Positions 27,749 to 38,216 of a stretch of DNA of 64,000 nt are shown here, one piece after another. Below the pieces are notes generated by a model, which saw only the letters and a program-made list of their open reading frames with translations, made no database searches and had not been told where the DNA came from. How positions within the stretch are numbered: position 1 is the first letter of the stretch; each line of letters begins with the position of its first letter. The position numbers and the translations under genes were made by a program. This DNA comes from Gammaproteobacteria bacterium (GTDB lineage Bacteria; Pseudomonadota; Gammaproteobacteria; JABCZS01), in NCBI GenBank assembly GCA_021773275.1, contig JAJFKJ010000030.1, positions 36,552-100,551 on the forward strand, given 5' to 3'.

Positions 27749-30397
27749 GTGAGTAAAGATGTAATACAAGGCAAGACATTAGCACTGCTTAAATCAAGCG
27801 GGGCTTTCTATGAGCAGGCAATACAAACAACACGCAGCCTTGATGCGCAATATTTAAGTATGACACCAGTGGACGTGCAGAAATTTGAAGTGCAGCCCGT
27901 ATTGTTCTATAGGGTCAATGGCGATCTTAATGAGCAATATGATATTCTTGCAAGTGATTTCAATAGGATAAAAAATGAGCTGTTGTCACAAATCCAGCTT
28001 GTATTTGATGAGCATGAGATTGCACCTGATGACGTGGAGTACTTGCTTGATATCACGGATGCATTTAATACTCACAAAACCGATATAGAAGATGTATGTA
28101 TAAACGACAGACAAGATAATGTTAATCGCGCCGGCGTCAACGATGGTGCAATATTGCGCAGCCCGGGCAGCAGAAACAAGCGCAAAAGCTTTGCGGGCGA
28201 TCCATTTTATGCACTAGACCAGCGATTAGTGGCAATGATTGGCGCTATCCGTGCCATTGAGATATCGGGACGCATCAAATCGCCCTCACTTGCCAAAAAG
28301 CTTGAGCAAGCGCTAACCCTAAAGCGCAGGCAGGGGCTGCTTCCAAGAGATTACCTTCGTGATGTGGCGCCTGTGTTAAGTGGTTATATAGAGCAGTCAT
28401 TGCAGCATGCCGATGTCACCGTAACACAGATGCAAGCAGCGCCCTGGCTATCGGATTTGATTAATGCATTGATAGAGCAAACCAAAGCGCCAAACCATAA
28501 CTTGCAATATGACAGCAAGGAGCAGCTGGAAATATTCCTTGATTTTATCCGAAGCCTGCTGCAAGAAGCGCAAAAAACCCAAGGCAGTACGTGGCTACCC
28601 ATTTCTTCTTGGATGGGCATTACAAAGCAAGCTCAAGATTTACTTAAAGATAAACTTGCAGGTTTGCCAGTAGGCGAAAAGGTGCGAGCAGATTTAGAAA
28701 AGGCTATTGATAAACTTGCCTTTGGTCGCAGCAGGCTTGTTGAAGATATGATAAAGCAAGCCCTGGATGATTTTATTGCAAGAGCCAAATTAGAGGGTTG
28801 GTTTGTTATGCCGTATTGCGCAGCATGGAGCGCTGCAAGGAAGCAGTATCGAGAAATTGAAGGCTTTATTGAAAACAGTATCGCCAAGCGCTACAACCTA
28901 AGCGAAGCGTTGCTTATCAGTATATCAACGGCGCATGAGTCTGTGTTTGCTAAACATATTTTAAGCCTAAAAACTAGTGGCAAGCCTGGGGTGTGGATTG
29001 GAGAGCAACGACAAAAACTAAAGTCTATTTTATCTCAAGCCCAAACAAATAACACGCTTAGCGAGGATACCGTCACACATTGGGAGTCACAGTACAGGTG
29101 TTTTTGGCAGGAGTACACCACCCAGGCTGAGCAGCATTATGTTAGTGCAGCAAGTAGTGTGATGGGCAAACCGCATACTTGGCAAAAAATCCGAGCGGGT
29201 GGCGCAATGGCAAGAGAAGATTTAACGCAAAGCGGGAATATGTTGTTTAGTTTTGAAGTCACCGCTAAACAGTCTATTTTAGCTATCTTTGATAGGCTTA
29301 CGGGCAAGGCTTATGATTACACAATAGGCTCAAAGGGAGCAGATAGAAAAGGTCAGCTGCAAACCATAAGAGCAAATATTGAGCAGTCTCAAAGTGGCGC
29401 TGAAGTATCGTACCATTTGAACGAAGCCATTGTCAGCATCGAAGCCGATCATGCCAGTACCTCGCTTGCCTACAACATTAACCCTCTGCGGAAAAATTCA
29501 CGCGCTGTGACTGCTTTAAAGCTTATAAAGCTTGAATGCGAAGATGCCTCACTGATGCCAAGAGGACATCATGGCGAGCTTGCGCCGGTGCTAAATCGTG
29601 CCCAATTGTTGTTCCAAGGCTATTTTGGACAGTTCATTGTGGCATCCTTGTTTGAGCGCCACTGCGCAAAACGACTGCTGGATATCATCTTGCAACAGCA
29701 GGACAGGGTGCGTCGTTCAAGCAAGCAAACCCCATATACTCTGGCTGATGCTTGCTATGCCATCAGCGAGGGGGTTGATTCCATTTATGAGCAGGCCAGC
29801 GCACAGAATAGCAACAGCATTTGGGCGCGATTGCTCAGAGCCTTGGGATGCAAAAATGACAGCGGTTTTCAAAAATTCCTGTCAAGTTTTTGCAATTCAT
29901 TGAACTGCGTGCAGCGCCAAAATGGCCAGCGTAGCGACAACGGTTACTATAAGTTTGATTTCTTTGCTGTCAAAAGCAGGCCCGTTATTTTGGAGCAGTT
30001 GCGCAAATGCGCAAGACGAATTGAGCAAATTGAACCCAGCATGTTGAGTAGGGTATTTCAAGATAATGAAGGTAAAGGTAAGGCTGTCAAAGAGGTCCGT
30101 GCTTGCGTTAACGTGATAGAACGTTACCGGGGTGATGCAAAGCGCATATCGCTGACCCTTCATGGCCTGCATGATTATTTGGAGCAACTAGGCGAAGGAT
30201 ACGCTCAAATCTTGAAAAAAGATTTGGATTGGCTTGTTGATAACCAGCACCTAAAGTCTCGGGCTCAAATTATAGGTATAAGCGATGAACAGGCAAATAA
30301 TGAAACCCTACTTAGCGAGTACGACAAAGAGCTGCGACAAAAGATGGTTGAACAAGAGCAGGCGGCAATAGCTGTGCTTAAGAAAATTCGGCCTTAG
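27749..30397 (+). CDS. Large hypothetical helical, effector-like protein
   Basis: 882 aa, GAGGAG RBS, GTG start; no signal peptide; Glu-rich C-terminus. Confidence 0.75.
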   Translation: MSKDVIQGKTLALLKSSGAFYEQAIQTTRSLDAQYLSMTPVDVQKFEVQPVLFYRVNGDLNEQYDILASDFNRIKNELLSQIQLVFDEHEIAPDDVEYLLDITDAFNTHKTDIEDVCINDRQDNVNRAGVNDGAILRSPGSRNKRKSFAGDPFYALDQRLVAMIGAIRAIEISGRIKSPSLAKKLEQALTLKRRQGLLPRDYLRDVAPVLSGYIEQSLQHADVTVTQMQAAPWLSDLINALIEQTKAPNHNLQYDSKEQLEIFLDFIRSLLQEAQKTQGSTWLPISSWMGITKQAQDLLKDKLAGLPVGEKVRADLEKAIDKLAFGRSRLVEDMIKQALDDFIARAKLEGWFVMPYCAAWSAARKQYREIEGFIENSIAKRYNLSEALLISISTAHESVFAKHILSLKTSGKPGVWIGEQRQKLKSILSQAQTNNTLSEDTVTHWESQYRCFWQEYTTQAEQHYVSAASSVMGKPHTWQKIRAGGAMAREDLTQSGNMLFSFEVTAKQSILAIFDRLTGKAYDYTIGSKGADRKGQLQTIRANIEQSQSGAEVSYHLNEAIVSIEADHASTSLAYNINPLRKNSRAVTALKLIKLECEDASLMPRGHHGELAPVLNRAQLLFQGYFGQFIVASLFERHCAKRLLDIILQQQDRVRRSSKQTPYTLADACYAISEGVDSIYEQASAQNSNSIWARLLRALGCKNDSGFQKFLSSFCNSLNCVQRQNGQRSDNGYYKFDFFAVKSRPVILEQLRKCARRIEQIEPSMLSRVFQDNEGKGKAVKEVRACVNVIERYRGDAKRISLTLHGLHDYLEQLGEGYAQILKKDLDWLVDNQHLKSRAQIIGISDEQANNETLLSEYDKELRQKMVEQEQAAIAVLKKIRP

Positions 30398-30431
30398 AAA
30401 ACAAAACTAAACAACACGGTAAAGGTGCCAT

Positions 30432-30749
30432 ATGGATATTGATATACAACTGATGCAAAAAATTATTCAATCAATGCAAGAATCTTTGATAAAAGAAATT
30501 CAACGAGGCGATGTAAGCTTTGAGGGTTTGGCGAACAAAACTGGTGTTCATATAGATGATATCAAGACAATCATTAAGCGGCGCGCCAACCCTGTCCGCA
30601 TTCAAAGTTTATTAAGGCTGGTCATTTATTATGCAGGCCCTTGGAATAAGTTTTCCTGTGAGCTTTTATCTTGGCAGGAATATACGGGAAGAAAAAATAT
30701 AGTGGTAGTGAATTATCTCGAAGGTGGCCTTTTAAGTCTATGCCAGTAG
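30432..30749 (+). CDS. XRE-like HTH protein
   Basis: VSFEGLANKTGVHIDDIKTIIK HTH pattern. Confidence 0.55.
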   Translation: MDIDIQLMQKIIQSMQESLIKEIQRGDVSFEGLANKTGVHIDDIKTIIKRRANPVRIQSLLRLVIYYAGPWNKFSCELLSWQEYTGRKNIVVVNYLEGGLLSLCQ

Positions 30750-30955
30750 AGTTTTTGATAAATGAGGTTAAGAAAATCAAGGAAAAACGCGAACTATCAT
30801 ATCGAAAAATGGCCAGTGAAAGCTTTATTCCTCTCCCCACGCTGCATAGGTACCTTCAAAGCAGGCCAGCACTTATATCTGAAAAGAACATAGATAGATT
30901 AAATAAATTTTATCAAAAATGGAGGCATATAATCAATGAAGATACGGACGGTTAA
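30740..30955 (+). CDS. Small XRE-like HTH protein
   Basis: ELSYRKMASESFIPLPTLHRYL; ATG 30740 overlaps the previous gene. Confidence 0.6.
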   Translation: MPVEFLINEVKKIKEKRELSYRKMASESFIPLPTLHRYLQSRPALISEKNIDRLNKFYQKWRHIINEDTDG

Positions 30956-31235
30956 TGGTTGTGTATTGGCTATGGTTGCCAGCATAATTTTACTCGCAAG
31001 TCCTGATGCAATAGCTAGCACGGGTGGCGGGGGGTTGTCAGGGCTGGTAGATGACTTAAAGGAAATTTTAAATACCTGGTTTGCCCAAGCAGTCGTTTTA
31101 TTTGCCTTAGCTGTTGCCGCTTATCGGCTTGTTGCTAAGTTTGACTTGGCAACTGCGGGCAGCGCAATTATGGTGGCGCTTATTTTGAAGTACGGGCCTG
31201 ATTTCCTCATTTCACTGACTGGAGCGGTGATATGA
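30936..31235 (+). CDS. traA: Conjugative pilin
   Basis: Signal peptide plus two hydrophobic helices, ends GAVI; immediately before traL. Confidence 0.75.
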   Translation: MKIRTVNGCVLAMVASIILLASPDAIASTGGGGLSGLVDDLKEILNTWFAQAVVLFALAVAAYRLVAKFDLATAGSAIMVALILKYGPDFLISLTGAVI

Positions 31236-31510
31236 ACGCAATTTATATACCCAAACACTTGGATGAACCACCGCGCATTTTAATTTGGACGCACAGCGAA
31301 GCCGCGCTACTGTTATCGCCATTTTTATTAGGCATTATTATGGGGTTTGTTCTTTGGGGCCTTGTCGGCTCAGTTATTATAGGGTTATCCCTCAAAAAGT
31401 TAAAAAAGGTATTTGAAGATAGCTGTATGCTAAGCGCCGCATATTGGTATTTACCCCAAAACAAACTCAAAACATTGCCGCCAACTCATATAAGGGAGTA
31501 TCTTGGATGA
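31232..31510 (+). CDS. traL: F-type T4SS protein TraL
   Basis: IPKHLDEPPRILIW..YWYLP..PPTHIREYLG. Confidence 0.92.
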   Translation: MNAIYIPKHLDEPPRILIWTHSEAALLLSPFLLGIIMGFVLWGLVGSVIIGLSLKKLKKVFEDSCMLSAAYWYLPQNKLKTLPPTHIREYLG

Positions 31511-32061
31511 AAGTCGAACATCAAAGCAAAATAACAAACCAGCTTGCTAGGTCGCGCCATAGGCTTTTGGTGGTGCTGAGCGTCGTGAGCCTGACACTTT
31601 TTCTTTTGTTCATGGTAGCAATTAAGCAGTCAGGCCAGCGCACGCAGATTATTGTTTTACCAGACGTGGTGACCGAGCCATTTACTATTAGCTCTAAAAA
31701 AGTCTCCGAAAGCTATATACGCCAGATGGCTGATTATTATGCAAGACTTACATTTAGCACAACACCGCAATCGGTAGATAGCCAAGTTGATACATTGTTA
31801 TCGCATGTTCCCGCGCATTATATGAATGACGTAAAGTTAAATCTTGTTCGGTATTCAGACTCTATCAAGCAAAAAAACATCATGAGTACTTTTTACCCGA
31901 CAGATTTTGATTATAACCCTGTATCTAAAAGCATGGAAATCAAAGGTGATTTCATTGTATTTTTAGGGCGCGAATCAATACGGTCTAAAAAAAAGATCAA
32001 GATAGACTTTGAGCTTGAAAACACTCGGCTATGGATCAAAAAAATTGAGGAGTTAACATGA
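31507..32061 (+). CDS. traE: F-type T4SS protein TraE
   Basis: N-terminal TM, VSESYIRQMA..TPQSVD; position between traL and traK. Confidence 0.88.
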   Translation: MKVEHQSKITNQLARSRHRLLVVLSVVSLTLFLLFMVAIKQSGQRTQIIVLPDVVTEPFTISSKKVSESYIRQMADYYARLTFSTTPQSVDSQVDTLLSHVPAHYMNDVKLNLVRYSDSIKQKNIMSTFYPTDFDYNPVSKSMEIKGDFIVFLGRESIRSKKKIKIDFELENTRLWIKKIEELT

Positions 32062-32750
32062 TTAAACGCAAAACCATCACGATTGCAGCTCTGGTGCTGT
32101 GCACGCAAGCTGTGGCAGGCCAGAATTTTAAATTAATGGACGGCGATAGCATCGAGGCTGCTATCTCACCCAGTCACCTAAACCGCATTTATTTGAAAAA
32201 TGACCGAATCGAAGGTGTTAAATCTCTTGATGGGCAGTTTCACGGTGAGCATGATGAACGCTCTGGTGAACTTTATATTAAACCCACACTTACTCACATA
32301 GATAAGCCTATGCATTTATATTTGAGTAGTGAGCAGGGGTTTTCCTACAGTGTGACACTTCTTCCCAATGTCGATACACCGCAGACCTTGATGCTTGATA
32401 ACAGGCAAGCCCAGAAACCAGATGCGGGTACTCAAGACGACCAGGATGAAGTTCACCAGCTTTTGGCGGCTATGCATTCAGGTAAAGGCAACGATGATTT
32501 CGTGCGCCAGAATTTATCGCGTGAGGTCTTGCAAACAGTTCGCAATGAGCTTGCTGTATCACATATCGCTAATTTTTGGGGTAATGATTATTTTGGGGAG
32601 GTTTTGGTTGTAACTAACGATTCACGTAGAGCCAAAATCTTGCATGAATCTGACTTATCAGACGAGAACACAGTTGCACTTGTGCTGCTCACGCGCACGC
32701 TAGATCGCGCTCAATATACATTTGCCTATAGGATAAAACGCAATGCTTAA
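32058..32750 (+). CDS. traK: F-type T4SS secretin-like TraK
   Basis: Signal peptide, IS..HLNRI..DRI, GELYIKP; synteny. Confidence 0.88.
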   Translation: MIKRKTITIAALVLCTQAVAGQNFKLMDGDSIEAAISPSHLNRIYLKNDRIEGVKSLDGQFHGEHDERSGELYIKPTLTHIDKPMHLYLSSEQGFSYSVTLLPNVDTPQTLMLDNRQAQKPDAGTQDDQDEVHQLLAAMHSGKGNDDFVRQNLSREVLQTVRNELAVSHIANFWGNDYFGEVLVVTNDSRRAKILHESDLSDENTVALVLLTRTLDRAQYTFAYRIKRNA

Positions 32751-33897
32751 ATTCACGAAAAAAGAGGATGTCAAAAAACAGGTAAAAATTACCTGGAATG
32801 CGTTGCCAGCGCAAAAAAAGAGGGCGTTTGCCGGTGGTGGTGCGCTACTGCTGTGCGCCATGGTTTTTTTGTGGCCTGGGGGTAAGAGCGTAACCGCTGT
32901 AGGTGAGGAGCAAGATGAGCGCATTAGCACGCCTGATAAGCTTGTTGATATTCAGGATATTTGGCTTTACCGTTCACAAGAAAAACTAGATACCAATACC
33001 CAAGCGCTTGAGCAATTACGCGGCGAAATAAATGCAATGCAACTTATTGAGCCTGCTGATGACAGTGAAGCTATAGCGGCACTGCAAGGGCAAATTGACA
33101 GCCTGGCTAGTTTAATTGAAGAAGGGCAGCTCCAAGGGCTCGCCCCATTTAACAATGATACAAGCGCTGATATCAATGTAGATCGCAGTTTGCCCATCTA
33201 TGAGCCAAAAATTGTAAGCCAGTCTTTTGCGCTCACCGCTGCCTTAGCCACTAGGACTGCCCAAGACTATATCCCACTTGGCAGTTTTGCACAGGCTATT
33301 TTACTAAATGGTTTGGATGCCAGTACAGCGACTACAGCATCAAGCAATCCACTGCCTGTTTTAATGCGCCTTACCAGTGATGCGGTATTGCCGCGCCAAT
33401 TTCGCGGTCAGATGAAAACTTGCCATGTGATAGCAGGCGCCTATGGTGAGCTCTCCACCACGCGAGTAATGATGAGGCTAGAAACTATTACCTGCACAGA
33501 TTTAGATGGCAATATCTTTGAATCTGAAATTGAAGGATACGTTACAGGAGATGACGGAAGTGTAGGAGTGTTAGGCACCATGCGTGATGATACAGGCCCG
33601 CTTCTTGCTAAAAGTTTTGTCGCGGGCCTGTTCGGCGGTATTGGCCAAGGCATTGCGGACTCTACAGGCACGACATCAACCTCTGCACTTGGTACTGTGC
33701 AAACCTTCGACACCAATGAGATTATGAAAATGGGCCTGGGCGATGGGGCGAGCAATGCACTTGATAGACTGGCGCAGTACTACATTGACAGGGCTGAACA
33801 AATCTATCCGGTTATTCAAATAGCCCCCGGGCGCAAAATCACATTAATCATAAGCGGCTCCAAGGGGCTTGAATTAACACAACCTATAGAATCTTGA
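32743..33897 (+). CDS. traB: TraB (VirB10-like)
   Basis: YIPLGSFAQAILLNGLDA, GELSTTRVMMR, LAQYYIDRAEQIYPVIQI. Confidence 0.93.
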   Translation: MLKFTKKEDVKKQVKITWNALPAQKKRAFAGGGALLLCAMVFLWPGGKSVTAVGEEQDERISTPDKLVDIQDIWLYRSQEKLDTNTQALEQLRGEINAMQLIEPADDSEAIAALQGQIDSLASLIEEGQLQGLAPFNNDTSADINVDRSLPIYEPKIVSQSFALTAALATRTAQDYIPLGSFAQAILLNGLDASTATTASSNPLPVLMRLTSDAVLPRQFRGQMKTCHVIAGAYGELSTTRVMMRLETITCTDLDGNIFESEIEGYVTGDDGSVGVLGTMRDDTGPLLAKSFVAGLFGGIGQGIADSTGTTSTSALGTVQTFDTNEIMKMGLGDGASNALDRLAQYYIDRAEQIYPVIQIAPGRKITLIISGSKGLELTQPIES

Positions 33898-33905
33898 GGT
33901 GAATT

Positions 33906-34262
33906 ATGAATAAACGTTATGCACTATTAATCGCAACCGCTGTTTTTATATCAGCCTGTGCCAGCTCCAAGCCTGCTTGCGCAGTTGGCCAAGGGCTAAA
34001 TTGCACATCGGTCATGGATGTGAATCAAGCAATCAATCAAGGTTATGGTAGTGATGCTAAAAAACTTTCATCATCACCGAAAGCTAAAAAATTAAAGCTT
34101 GCGCAGATTGATGGTTATGAGAAATCCATACCAGGGCGCTCAAATGAAACATGGGTCAAGGTATGGGTGCCTGCTCAAATAGATGAAGCTGATAATTATC
34201 ACCCGCAAACAAGCTACTACACCGTGATTAAGCAGCCACAATGGCAAATTGATAATGAATAA
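33906..34262 (+). CDS. traV: TraV lipoprotein
   Basis: Lipobox ISAC, C-x7-C, KVWVPAQIDEADNYH. Confidence 0.88.
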   Translation: MNKRYALLIATAVFISACASSKPACAVGQGLNCTSVMDVNQAINQGYGSDAKKLSSSPKAKKLKLAQIDGYEKSIPGRSNETWVKVWVPAQIDEADNYHPQTSYYTVIKQPQWQIDNE

Positions 34263-36771
34263 ACTGCAAGCACATATAAAGTTAGCACAAAGCTTCTTGC
34301 GTGAGGTCTTTGATGACAATATCCCCGTGGATGTGTTAAGTCAGTCTCTGGCAATTGAAAAACAAAAAGCATATTTTAAAGAGCATGCCTTAAGCACATT
34401 ACTGCCCTATGAGGCTTATGATGACGAAGCAGGTATTTATCATAATCGTGAATCTTTAGGGTTTGTGATAAGCGCTATTCCCATGCTGGGTTTGGATGAG
34501 GAAAGCCTCGCTAATATCACCAGTTTTCTGCAAGATAAATTGGTTGATGGAGCTGTATTGCAAGTTTTGCTTTTTGCCAGCCCTGATATTGAAAATGCAT
34601 TGAATCAGATGCAAGCAAATCGAGGTAAGCGCGGGGGTATATTTGCTGAGCTTGCGAAAAAGCGGGCTGATTTTTTGCGAAAGGGTGTTAGAAGCTCACT
34701 TTTAAAATCAGAGGATTATTTAATACGGGACTTTAAATTGTATTTCAGTCTAACCATACCCAAAGAAACAAATATAGATGTTGTCATAAAGCTCAAAGAC
34801 AGCCTGCTACTCACACTCAAGTCAATTAACATGGCACATGAATCATTAAATCCCAGCGGCCTGATTCGTCTCACTCAGCAGCTCATCAATCCATGGATAG
34901 ATTTAAATAGCATTCCTGAATATGAAGGCAGTGAACATTTAAGTGTTCAAGCAGCGCCAACGGATACCAGTCTCACGCTAGACGCGCAAACCATCAGCAT
35001 CAATGAAGGGCAAACCTGCGCTAAAAGCTATAGGCTCACGCAATACCCGCAACACTGGTTTGCCAGCACACTATCAGACTTGATAGGAGACTCACAAAAG
35101 GCAAGCCTGCGTATTGGCAATCCTTTTTTACTCTCTATGCTTATTTATGCGGGCAGCCATGAATCCGATAAAATCCGGCTGCAAGCAATGAATCTTCGCT
35201 CAACGCAAAAAGCTAATAGCAAGCTTGCCAATATGATTCCAAATCTTGCCAGCATCGACCAAGATTTAAAATACACGGTTAAAGCAGTGGATGATGGCGA
35301 TAAGTTGTTAAAGACCTGCTTTAATCTTACTGTCTACGGCACAAAGCAAACGCTTGATAAAGGCGCGACACAAGTAGAGAGCCTATTAACAGCTAAGAAG
35401 TTTAAATTTGCAAGATTAAAATACATGCAATTGCCAGCTTTTTTATCAAATCTACCAATGAAAACGCATGAGATAAGTTATCGCGAGCTAAAAGCTTTTG
35501 GCTGGTTTAAAACAATGCTTGCAAGCAGTGCTTCACACTTCATGCCCCTTCTCGCTGAGAACAAAGGGATGCCATTTCCGCTGCTGCCTATCTTGGGGTC
35601 CAAAGGCCAGCTCGGGTTATATAATGCCTTTGCAAACCAGCAAGGCGGAAACTATAACGCTGTTACTGTTGGGGTGTCAGGCAGCGGTAAATCAAATTTC
35701 AATCAAGAGAAAATACTCTCGCGCATAGGGGCGGGTGGGCGTGCCTTTATCATTGATGCAGGCGGCTCTTATGAGAAAAATGTAATGCTGTTAAGTGAGA
35801 TTGGAGCCCAATATATTGAGTTTACACCCAAAAACAAAATCAGCCTAAACCCATTTAGCACCATTAACGCTGATGAGATGAACGGCGACCCCAGTGAAAC
35901 CATGGCGTTGCTTAAGCCTATGCTTGCACAAATGATTTCGCCAAACGCCAACCTAAATGCATTGCAGCTCTCTTATATTGAAAATGCCATTATGGATAGC
36001 TGGCGAGAGCATCAAGGCAAAAGCAGTATCACCGATATTGGGAACTATCTAAAAAACCATACAGATAAACTTGCAAAAGATTTAGGGCAAATGCTATCGC
36101 CCTATATGCAAGGCGGGTCCTACGGGAGCTACTTTGAAGGTGAGTGCAGTATTAATTTCGACAGCCCTCTGGTTTGTTTTGAGCTTGACGGCCTAAAAAA
36201 TAAAAAAGATTTGCAGTCGGTGGTTTTAATGTTGCTAATTTATCAAATTACCCAGGCAATGTACCAGGGTGATAGGAAAACACAGATCACCTGTTTGATT
36301 GATGAAGCATGGGACATTATTAATCAGGTTCAAGGCAGCAGCTTTATGAATGACGCCTGTCGACGTGCAAGAAAATACAATGGCAGTATGAATATCTGCT
36401 CGCAAAATATCACGGACATATTTGAAAACAAACTGATTGCTAGTGCACAAGAAAGCATTGATTTTATTGAAGTGCTAAGGCAAAAACCAGCATCTGTGAA
36501 AAGGGCTGTCGCAAGCGGGCAGCTCGATGTCACGCCGCAGCAGGCAGATATATTAACTAAGCTCACCGCTAAAGCGGGCGAGTATTCCGAAATAGCTATT
36601 ATTGGCCCAAGCCTATTTTTACACGGTAGGCTCATCTGGGACCCCTATAGCGCAGAGCTTTACTCATCCACGCCAGCAGATTTAGTCAGGTTCAAAGAGT
36701 ATATGGAAAACGGTTTTTCAGTTACGCAAGCCCTAAGACACATGATGGAGAGTAAGAATGAAAATAAGTGA
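34255..36771 (+). CDS. traC: TraC (VirB4-like ATPase)
   Basis: LLPYEAYD, NYNAVTVGVSGSGKS, IIDAGGSY, LNPF, IDEAW, RRARKYNG. Confidence 0.95.
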   Translation: MNKLQAHIKLAQSFLREVFDDNIPVDVLSQSLAIEKQKAYFKEHALSTLLPYEAYDDEAGIYHNRESLGFVISAIPMLGLDEESLANITSFLQDKLVDGAVLQVLLFASPDIENALNQMQANRGKRGGIFAELAKKRADFLRKGVRSSLLKSEDYLIRDFKLYFSLTIPKETNIDVVIKLKDSLLLTLKSINMAHESLNPSGLIRLTQQLINPWIDLNSIPEYEGSEHLSVQAAPTDTSLTLDAQTISINEGQTCAKSYRLTQYPQHWFASTLSDLIGDSQKASLRIGNPFLLSMLIYAGSHESDKIRLQAMNLRSTQKANSKLANMIPNLASIDQDLKYTVKAVDDGDKLLKTCFNLTVYGTKQTLDKGATQVESLLTAKKFKFARLKYMQLPAFLSNLPMKTHEISYRELKAFGWFKTMLASSASHFMPLLAENKGMPFPLLPILGSKGQLGLYNAFANQQGGNYNAVTVGVSGSGKSNFNQEKILSRIGAGGRAFIIDAGGSYEKNVMLLSEIGAQYIEFTPKNKISLNPFSTINADEMNGDPSETMALLKPMLAQMISPNANLNALQLSYIENAIMDSWREHQGKSSITDIGNYLKNHTDKLAKDLGQMLSPYMQGGSYGSYFEGECSINFDSPLVCFELDGLKNKKDLQSVVLMLLIYQITQAMYQGDRKTQITCLIDEAWDIINQVQGSSFMNDACRRARKYNGSMNICSQNITDIFENKLIASAQESIDFIEVLRQKPASVKRAVASGQLDVTPQQADILTKLTAKAGEYSEIAIIGPSLFLHGRLIWDPYSAELYSSTPADLVRFKEYMENGFSVTQALRHMMESKNENK

Positions 36772-37153
36772 GGTGAGAGAGGGTGCAATTTCATTTTGTG
36801 AAAAGCATAGGGCATGTTTTATTTTTCTATACCTGCTGGCGTTTCCGCTGCTTGTTTTTATCTTGATCTTGGCGTTACAGGCCAGCAAAGATTTTGGCAT
36901 GGTGGATGTATATGAAATCAATCAGTCTTTTGTGGCCTATGTGGCGCAGGCCGATCTTTCCGATGAGCAAAAATCACAAATGCTTGCAGTTTACAGTGAT
37001 GCTTTAAGCGACGAGCTTGAGCGTATCGGCGAAAGAGTCATTCTTTTTTCATCAAACCAGGTTGTCACGCCCCTGGAAGATTATACTCGACAGGTTAAAG
37101 TGGCAATATCTGACGCACTGCTCGATGCCAACAAGACGCATAAGCTTCCGTGA
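36758..37153 (+). CDS. trbI: TrbI-like F-type protein
   Basis: N-terminal TM, VD...F, VIL...VV...DYT; follows traC. Confidence 0.7.
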   Translation: MKISEVREGAISFCEKHRACFIFLYLLAFPLLVFILILALQASKDFGMVDVYEINQSFVAYVAQADLSDEQKSQMLAVYSDALSDELERIGERVILFSSNQVVTPLEDYTRQVKVAISDALLDANKTHKLP

Positions 37154-37623
37154 TAAACCTAAGTAAAGCACTATGTTTGGGTGCTTTGCTTTGGCTAATG
37201 ATTATACTTCCTTGGGTTTTCAAGCATTATGGCCTAGGCTTCAATAACACAGATAGCATGCCACACAGGGCGTACTTAATACATAAAAGGAAATCGCCAG
37301 AACTGGGGAGTTATGTTGTTTTCTCAAAAGAAACGCGAGGCATTCTGCTAAACGATGCTCAATTTGTTAAGCAAGTGGCAGGGACTGCTGGGGGTATGGT
37401 GCGTATAGGAAACACCAAGCTTTATATTAATAGTAAATTCAGGGGCGAGCTAAAAGCTAAGACAAAAAATGGAAAGAAATTATCGCCAGGTTATCAAGGC
37501 GAAATACCCGAAGGTTTCTATTTTGTTTGGACACCACATCCGGATAGTTTTGATTCACGTTACGCACAAATGGGGTTGGTTCATGAAGATGAAATTATTG
37601 GTGTTGCTTACCCTTTGTGGTAG
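37150..37623 (+). CDS. trhF: S26 conjugative signal peptidase (TrhF-like pilin-processing peptidase)
   Basis: NNTDSMP, FVKQVAG, HPDSFDSRY. Confidence 0.85.
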   Translation: MINLSKALCLGALLWLMIILPWVFKHYGLGFNNTDSMPHRAYLIHKRKSPELGSYVVFSKETRGILLNDAQFVKQVAGTAGGMVRIGNTKLYINSKFRGELKAKTKNGKKLSPGYQGEIPEGFYFVWTPHPDSFDSRYAQMGLVHEDEIIGVAYPLW

Positions 37624-38188
37624 TGCGGCCATTGCAAAAGATTTAGGGCAATACGGGCCAGTATACCCTGTCATTGAGGATAGCCTAAAACAAACGCTTA
37701 TTGAAAAAGCATTTCAAATGGAACAGTCAGGAGAGTTGGAGATGATGCAAGACAATATGAAAAAACAAACCCAAAATTATTTAGAAAATCCAACACCCGT
37801 TAAGCGCATCACTAAAACTCAAAAAGAGCGCACATTCTACGTTGACCCCAGCGTGATACTGGATGATCCTATTGTGGATGAAACGGGCAAAGTATTAGTT
37901 GCAAAAGGCAGCAAAATTAACCCGCTTGATACGATTGATTTTGATCATGCCCTGTATTTTATCGATGGAACGGATGAAGCACAGATTGAATGGGTGTTAG
38001 ATGATGCCAACCCCAGTGACACCATTGTGCTAGTCAAGGGCAGTGTGAGACAGCTCATGGACGAATATAAGCTCATGGTGTATTTCGACCAAGGCGGCAG
38101 CCTCACGCAAAGTCTCAATATCAACCAAGTGCCAGCTAGGGTCACAAGCGAGAAGGGTTGGTTAAAAGTGGATGAGGAGAAGTTATGA
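37583..38188 (+). CDS. traW: TraW
   Basis: KDLGQYGPVYPVIE, RTFYVDPS, INPLD, YFDQGG..VPARV. Confidence 0.93.
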   Translation: MKMKLLVLLTLCGSAAIAKDLGQYGPVYPVIEDSLKQTLIEKAFQMEQSGELEMMQDNMKKQTQNYLENPTPVKRITKTQKERTFYVDPSVILDDPIVDETGKVLVAKGSKINPLDTIDFDHALYFIDGTDEAQIEWVLDDANPSDTIVLVKGSVRQLMDEYKLMVYFDQGGSLTQSLNINQVPARVTSEKGWLKVDEEKL

Positions 38189-38216
38189 TTTTTTTAAATA
38201 ACCTGAGGAGAAAATA

